Shown here in pieces: positions 17,794 to 22,117 of a stretch of DNA of 22,117 nucleotides. The position numbers and the translations under genes were made by a program. Source of the stretch: Planctomycetales bacterium (GTDB lineage: Bacteria > 4484-113); assembly GCA_037445915.1 (NCBI GenBank), contig JBBIJQ010000032.1, positions 1 through 22,117 on the forward strand, written 5' to 3'. Below the pieces are notes generated by a model. That model worked only from the letters and a program-made list of their open reading frames with translations, was not told the origin of the DNA and did not search any database. How positions within the stretch are numbered: the stretch's first letter is position 1; every line of letters starts with the position of its first letter.

Positions 17794-18291
17794 ATGAATA
17801 GCATGCTGCTATTACTCTCAATCTGCTTGTTAAGCCTTGCTGTATTCTCGGCAGTCAAATTCATGCTGGATTTGCCTAAGGGTATTCGCGGGAAGAGAAG
17901 ACCACTCGTCCTACACACGCTCCTATTCTGTTGGATATTCCTTGTAATCTTATACAGCGTTGCTCTGTATTACTTACTTCAGCAGCCAAGTTTAAATGTG
18001 AGATACTCGGATGGCATACTCACGTGGTGGACGCTTTCCAATTCGCTTCTAGCTTCCTCTCTTTTCATCTACCGCCATTTACTATCTGAGAGGGTAATAC
18101 GTAACTTCTTGTTGTGTGTTATCGCTGCGTGCTCTGTGCTGCTGAGTGTCTGGCTATTGTTTCTTGCGATACCTACCGTCTCACCGGCTCTTCCTGCCGG
18201 CCTTACAATCGCAATCGCCTCAGCCATGATAATCGTGAACGGGACATATAACCTCGCTACACTAATGAAGCATAAAGAGCATAACGCTTGA
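17794..18291 (+). CDS. Hypothetical integral membrane protein (~5 TM), AT-richer than its neighbours
   Basis: 165-aa ORF with five hydrophobic stretches; GAGGA upstream; many A/T-ending codons. Confidence 0.7.
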   Translation: MNSMLLLLSICLLSLAVFSAVKFMLDLPKGIRGKRRPLVLHTLLFCWIFLVILYSVALYYLLQQPSLNVRYSDGILTWWTLSNSLLASSLFIYRHLLSERVIRNFLLCVIAACSVLLSVWLLFLAIPTVSPALPAGLTIAIASAMIIVNGTYNLATLMKHKEHNA

Positions 18292-18306
18292 ATTTGGAGC
18301 AATACT

Positions 18307-18334
18307 CGGAATGGGGACTGAAGTCCCCATTCCG
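18307..18334. repeat. 13-bp perfect inverted repeat (REP-like / terminator)
   Basis: CGGAATGGGGACT-GA-AGTCCCCATTCCG; same ACT-GA-AGT core as 9440-9457. Confidence 0.75.
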
Positions 18335-18359
18335 GCGTTGTAATGCGCCATTCACTAAG

Positions 18360-18381
18360 CCCTACGGGTCAAGCTCGCGGC
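18360..18381 (+). repeat. 22-bp direct repeat, copy 2 (3' end and stop of the protease fragment)
   Basis: Identical to 17515-17536; encodes RELDP-stop on the minus strand. Confidence 0.92.
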
Positions 18382-18694
18382 CTTGTTCATGGCCGATTAT
18401 TTGCCCCGTCTTGGCATAGTTCATCAGGTTTCCGTCGTTGTATACGCCCTGCGAATCGGCAGTGGGGTCTTTCTGGATGCCGGTCTTTAGCGCATCCATG
18501 TCCGCCCCGTCTTCCACGTCAAAATCGCTGTCCTTTCGCCAGTCCATCTCGTGCACCTTTTCGTGCGCAAGAGTGAGGTCGTCGCTGTCCACGGAGTTCT
18601 TCACCGCGACTTGGCCGTTAGGCGGGTAGCACGTCCCCATAGCCCCGCCGCGTATGTCCGGCACGTAGTAGATGTTCTCCGTTGCGGCGGTAAT
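18362..18694 (-). pseudogene. 5'-truncated zinc-metalloprotease (HExxH) C-terminal fragment
   Basis: Frame ITAATENIYYVPDIRGGAMG...TLAHEKVHEM...DGNLMNY...GRELDP, bounded upstream by an in-frame TAG (18695-18697). HExxH at 18551-18565; Met-turn-like NLM; no signal peptide. Confidence 0.6.
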
Positions 18695-18707
18695 CTAGCT
18701 TGCCAAC

Positions 18708-18748
18708 AAATCAAAGTGGGGACTTTGCAGTCCCATCTCCTTTGATTT
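18708..18748. repeat. Imperfect hairpin with a GGGACT-TTGC-AGTCCC core
   Basis: Outer stem AAATCAAAG/CTTTGATTT; core related to 18307-18334. Confidence 0.55.
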
Positions 18749-18848
18749 AAGCTCGCTTCACATTTTCCACAGACAGCCTTCGCGTGTAGTTGCGCTATGG
18801 CGGGCGCAAAGTAGTAGAATCCTTGCGCGTAAAACGGAGGCTTGAGAT

Positions 18849-19352
18849 ATGAAAAACGTGCCTGATGAAATGTATTTGGCGGCGGAAGGCGTTTTCGCCG
18901 CATTCCTGAGCATGGGCAAGACGCTTGCGACCGCCGAGTCCTGCACCGGCGGGCTGCTTGGCGCGGCGCTGACGAGCCTGCCCGGCAGCTCGGACTTCTA
19001 CCTTGGCGGCGTCATTTCATACGCCAACGAGGCGAAGACTGCGCTGCTTGGGGTTGACGCGGAGTACCTGCGCACGAAAGGAGCGGTGGACGAAGACACG
19101 GCGCGGATGATGGCGCACGGCGTCATGGAGCGCACGGGCGCTGAAGTCGCGGTGTCCATCACCGGCGTCGCAGGGCCTTCGGGCGGCTCGCCTGACAAGC
19201 CCGTGGGCACGGTCTTCGTGTGCTACGCCGATGGGGAAAATGAGAAGGCAGTGCAATACGTCTTCACCGGCGACCGTTGGGCAATCCGCCACCAGACGGT
19301 GATGGCGGTGCTTAGCGAGCTAAAAGAGTTCGTGAAGCTGCGACGAAGATAA
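18849..19352 (+). CDS. pncC: CinA C-terminal-domain protein / NMN deamidase (PncC-like)
   Basis: TLATAESCTGG, PGSS, Y.NEAK..LLGV, GAV, SITGVAGP.GG...KPVGTV, F.GDR..IR; GGAGG SD. Confidence 0.9.
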   Translation: MKNVPDEMYLAAEGVFAAFLSMGKTLATAESCTGGLLGAALTSLPGSSDFYLGGVISYANEAKTALLGVDAEYLRTKGAVDEDTARMMAHGVMERTGAEVAVSITGVAGPSGGSPDKPVGTVFVCYADGENEKAVQYVFTGDRWAIRHQTVMAVLSELKEFVKLRRR

Positions 19353-19402
19353 GCCTCCGGCGATTGCGCCCAGCATCGCAGCAACGCATTGCCGCGCAGT
19401 TT

Positions 19403-19411
19403 TGCTATAAT
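19403..19411 (+). promoter_or_regulatory. Extended -10 (TGcTATAAT) of glyA
   Basis: TGCTATAAT, then a ~50-nt leader with an AGGAG SD. Confidence 0.65.
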
Positions 19412-19467
19412 GATCGCATCTGTAACTTCGGCAGCGCGCCTGCCATCATTATTAGGAGTCACACACT

Positions 19468-20787
19468 ATGCCGTCAAACCTGGAACATCTACGCCAAGTT
19501 GACCCTGAGATATACGCCACAGTCATCCGTGAATACCACCGCCAGCATGAGAAGCTTGAGCTCATCGCCAGCGAGAACTTCGTTTCGCGCGCCGTGCTGG
19601 AGACGATGGGTACATGCCTCACCAACAAATACGCCGAAGGCTACCCCAAGCACCGCTACTATGGCGGGTGCGAGTTTGTTGATGTTGCCGAGAACCTCGC
19701 GCGCAGCCGCGCCAAGAAGCTCTTCGGCGCGGAGCACGCGAATGTCCAGCCGCATTCGGGCGCGCAGGCAAACATGGCGGCTTTGCTCGCGCTTTTGCAG
19801 CCAGGCGAGACAATACTGGGGATGGACCTGTCGCACGGCGGGCACCTAACCCACGGCCACCCGCTGAACTTCTCCGGCAAGTATTTCAAGATTGTGCCCT
19901 ACGGCGTGAAGCAGGGCATTGAGACGATAGACTACGACCGCCTGCGCGAGCTTGCAAAAGAGCACCGCCCGCGCATGATTATTGCTGGCGCCAGCGCATA
20001 CCCGCGCACGCTGGAGTTTGACAAGTTCCGCGAGATTGCCGACGAGGTCGGCGCATACTTGATGGTTGACATGGCGCACATCGCGGGGCTGGTGGCGGCG
20101 GGATTGCACCCGAGCCCTGTGCCGCACGCGCATGTCGTCACCACGACGGTGCACAAAACCCTGCGCGGCCCGCGAAGCGGCATGATTCTCTGCAAGAAGG
20201 ACTTGAAGAAAGACATTGACCGCGCCGTATTCCCCGGCGTGCAGGGCGGCCCGCTGATGCACGTCATCGCCGCCAAGGCTGTCGCGCTCAAAGAGGCGAT
20301 GACCGAGGAGTTCAAGGAATACCAGAAGCGCGTGCTCGCCAATGCTAAGACGCTGGCGGCGGGGATGGAGGCCAAGGGCTTCCGCATCGTCTCTGGCGGC
20401 ACCGACACGCACCTCATGCTCGTTGACGTGAAAAGCAAGGGTTTGCTGGGCATTGACGCAGAGAAGCGCCTTGACGAAGTCAACATGACCGTCAACAAGA
20501 ACACGATTCCCTTTGAGACCGAGCCGCCGATGAAGGCGTCGGGCATCCGCCTGGGCACGCCTGCGCTCACCACGCGCGGCATGGGCGCTGCGGAGATGGA
20601 GCTGATAGCCGGGCTGATTACACGCGCGCTGCTTGACCCGAAGGGCGAGGCAAACGACGCGGCGATTATCGCGGACGTTGACGCGCTGACGAGGAAGTTC
20701 CCGCTCTATGAATGGGCGTGGAAGGATGCGCTTGCAGAAGCCATCGCCATAGAGGCGCAGTTCGCCGCGCCTGCTGAAGCTGAGTAA
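19468..20787 (+). CDS. glyA: Serine hydroxymethyltransferase
   Basis: [70 protein letters not shown]. Confidence 0.98.
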   Translation: MPSNLEHLRQVDPEIYATVIREYHRQHEKLELIASENFVSRAVLETMGTCLTNKYAEGYPKHRYYGGCEFVDVAENLARSRAKKLFGAEHANVQPHSGAQANMAALLALLQPGETILGMDLSHGGHLTHGHPLNFSGKYFKIVPYGVKQGIETIDYDRLRELAKEHRPRMIIAGASAYPRTLEFDKFREIADEVGAYLMVDMAHIAGLVAAGLHPSPVPHAHVVTTTVHKTLRGPRSGMILCKKDLKKDIDRAVFPGVQGGPLMHVIAAKAVALKEAMTEEFKEYQKRVLANAKTLAAGMEAKGFRIVSGGTDTHLMLVDVKSKGLLGIDAEKRLDEVNMTVNKNTIPFETEPPMKASGIRLGTPALTTRGMGAAEMELIAGLITRALLDPKGEANDAAIIADVDALTRKFPLYEWAWKDALAEAIAIEAQFAAPAEAE

Positions 20788-20803
20788 GGGCTGCGGCGGC
20801 TGG

Positions 20804-21859
20804 TTACCTGCCGTAGAGGTGGCCCATCCGCAGAATCGTGCGGCGGATGCGCTCCTGGAGCTCCTGGGGCCTTAGCACGCGCGCATGCTCCCCGAAGGAA
20901 AGAAGCCACCGCAAGAGGTTCTCGTAGCTGTAAACCTTGAAAGTAAGCTCAAGGCTCCCGTCGGAGCGTTCAAGTATCTTCTGCGTAGGGTGGACGGCGC
21001 GCAGCCTAATCCAGTGCGCGGCGTATTTGTCAAACTCAAGGTGGACTTCCGTCGGCGCTTCCATTCCGCTTAGGAGCTGCGACTCGGCTTTGTGGGTGTC
21101 TATGTCAAAGGACTCGTAGGGTTTATAGGCGCTGTCGGTGAACTCAATGGAGAGGATGCGGTTCATCAGGAAGTCGCGGTAGTCCTGCTTTTCGTGGCAG
21201 AACGCGACTAAGTACCAGTTGTCGCGGTAGTTGATGATGTGCAACGGGTCGCACTTCTTGTCGGTCACAGTCGCTTTCTGTCCGGAGAAGTACTTAAGGA
21301 CGACGGTCTCCTGCCACTTAATAGCCTTCGCCAGCGCGTCAAAGATGGAGAGGTCTAGAGTCGGGAATGGCAGCATCTCCAGCTCAAGAATCCTCTCAAG
21401 GCTTTGGCGGTCGTAGGTGACAACGCTGTCAAGCGAGTCGGTTATCTTGTTAAACGCATTCTGCACGGCTTCCGCAAACGGGGCGGTGCGGTAGTTGCGG
21501 CGCAACATCTCTGCGACAAGGACGGAGACAAGCTCGTCTTCGGCAATTGTTTCAGTGGGCTTATCCTTCTTGGGCGCAGCCGCAGGCTTCTTCTTTGCTT
21601 CAGGCGCGGAAGCTGGAGTGCGGAAGGTGGGGGTGTAGGTTGCGTCCTTGTAGCTGAAGCCACGGCGCTTGCCGTCAAAAGTAAGCGGAGCTTGGTATTC
21701 AGACTTGAAGGCTTCAATATCCCTATAAGCGAGAGAGCTGCTAATGCCAAAATGGCTCACCAGCGCAAGCGCGTCCGGGTAGTATCCGTTTGCTACCTGG
21801 TCGTGGAACCAGCGAAGGCGCGCAATTTGGTCAACGTCAATGTCGGGTTTACGGGGCAT
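20804..21859 (-). CDS. WYL-domain transcriptional regulator (HTH-WYL-WCX, YafY/PafB-like)
   Basis: HTH ..S...AYRDIE, WYLVAFC....DYRDF..NRI, C-terminal RWLLSFG...RVLRP.EL; AGGAG SD. Confidence 0.92.
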   Translation of the reverse strand: MPRKPDIDVDQIARLRWFHDQVANGYYPDALALVSHFGISSSLAYRDIEAFKSEYQAPLTFDGKRRGFSYKDATYTPTFRTPASAPEAKKKPAAAPKKDKPTETIAEDELVSVLVAEMLRRNYRTAPFAEAVQNAFNKITDSLDSVVTYDRQSLERILELEMLPFPTLDLSIFDALAKAIKWQETVVLKYFSGQKATVTDKKCDPLHIINYRDNWYLVAFCHEKQDYRDFLMNRILSIEFTDSAYKPYESFDIDTHKAESQLLSGMEAPTEVHLEFDKYAAHWIRLRAVHPTQKILERSDGSLELTFKVYSYENLLRWLLSFGEHARVLRPQELQERIRRTILRMGHLYGR

Positions 21860-22006
21860 CTTGGATTGGCGCTCCTAATTTCAGATCATAGTTTTTCACA
21901 GCTACGCTTCAGCCACTATGGCCGCCGAGCTGGTTGCCCTTTTAGGATAACACTATCAGGCGGCGCTGTAAAGCGGCATTAATCTGTAAGCAGGTAACAA
22001 GCTCTA

Positions 22007-22015
22007 TGCTAGAAT
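22007..22015 (+). promoter_or_regulatory. Extended -10 (TGcTAGAAT) of tRNA-Ser
   Basis: TGCTAGAAT 14 nt before the mature 5' end. Confidence 0.6.
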
Positions 22016-22029
22016 ACCCGCGCCTAACC

Positions 22030-22117
22030 GGAGGGATGACCGAGTGGACGAAGGTGCACGCCTGGAGAGCGTGTGTGCGCCAAAAGCGTACCGTGGGTTC
22101 GAATCCCACTCCCTCCG
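22030..22117 (+). tRNA. tRNA-Ser(GGA)
   Basis: Acceptor GGAGGGA/TCCCTCC + G73, anticodon arm CACGC-CTGGAGA-GCGTG, long variable arm, T arm GTGGG-TTCGAAT-CCCAC. The window ends at the discriminator base. Confidence 0.96.

Noticed and set aside
17515-18381. CRISPR array or integron attC cassette
   Set aside because: Only two copies 845 bp apart, no cas or intI gene, and no RYYYAAC...GTTRRRY attC structure recognised.
19412-19467. ZTP or THF riboswitch before glyA
   Set aside because: The leader is ~50 nt with one small hairpin and none of the conserved motifs.

Overview
Bacterial chromosomal window, GC-rich by eye, made up mostly of housekeeping genes: KdsD/KpsF arabinose-5-phosphate isomerase, queA, pepA, alpha2-type glycine-tRNA ligase, lon, CinA-C/PncC, glyA, and tRNA-Pro(GGG), tRNA-Ala(CGC) and tRNA-Ser(GGA). 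Between them are less-characterised genes: a partial secreted beta-sandwich + IPT/TIG protein, a 713-aa DxxGxDxY-repeat protein, a divergent four-helix-bundle protein, a small lipoprotein, a VWA-TM-FHA-FHA membrane protein, a class III aminotransferase + SRPBCC pair, a PilZ protein, a half-size TauE and a WYL regulator. I found no CRISPR array, transposase, integrase or complete defence operon, and cannot claim a complete new system. Best leads: (i) a ~0.85-kb AT-richer cassette between exact 22-bp direct repeats that copy the 3' end of a truncated HExxH protease gene (17515-18748); (ii) a ~110-nt structured RNA candidate behind a TATAAT box, upstream of the four-helix-bundle gene; (iii) a promoter-hairpin-terminator sRNA candidate just after queA; (iv) near-absence of TCGA and low GATC; (v) four genes with -10 boxes exactly 6 nt from the start codon (leaderless); (vi) a cluster of REP-like palindromes plus a G4-type motif at the glyQS promoter. 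All assignments are from motif recognition by eye; no searches were run.
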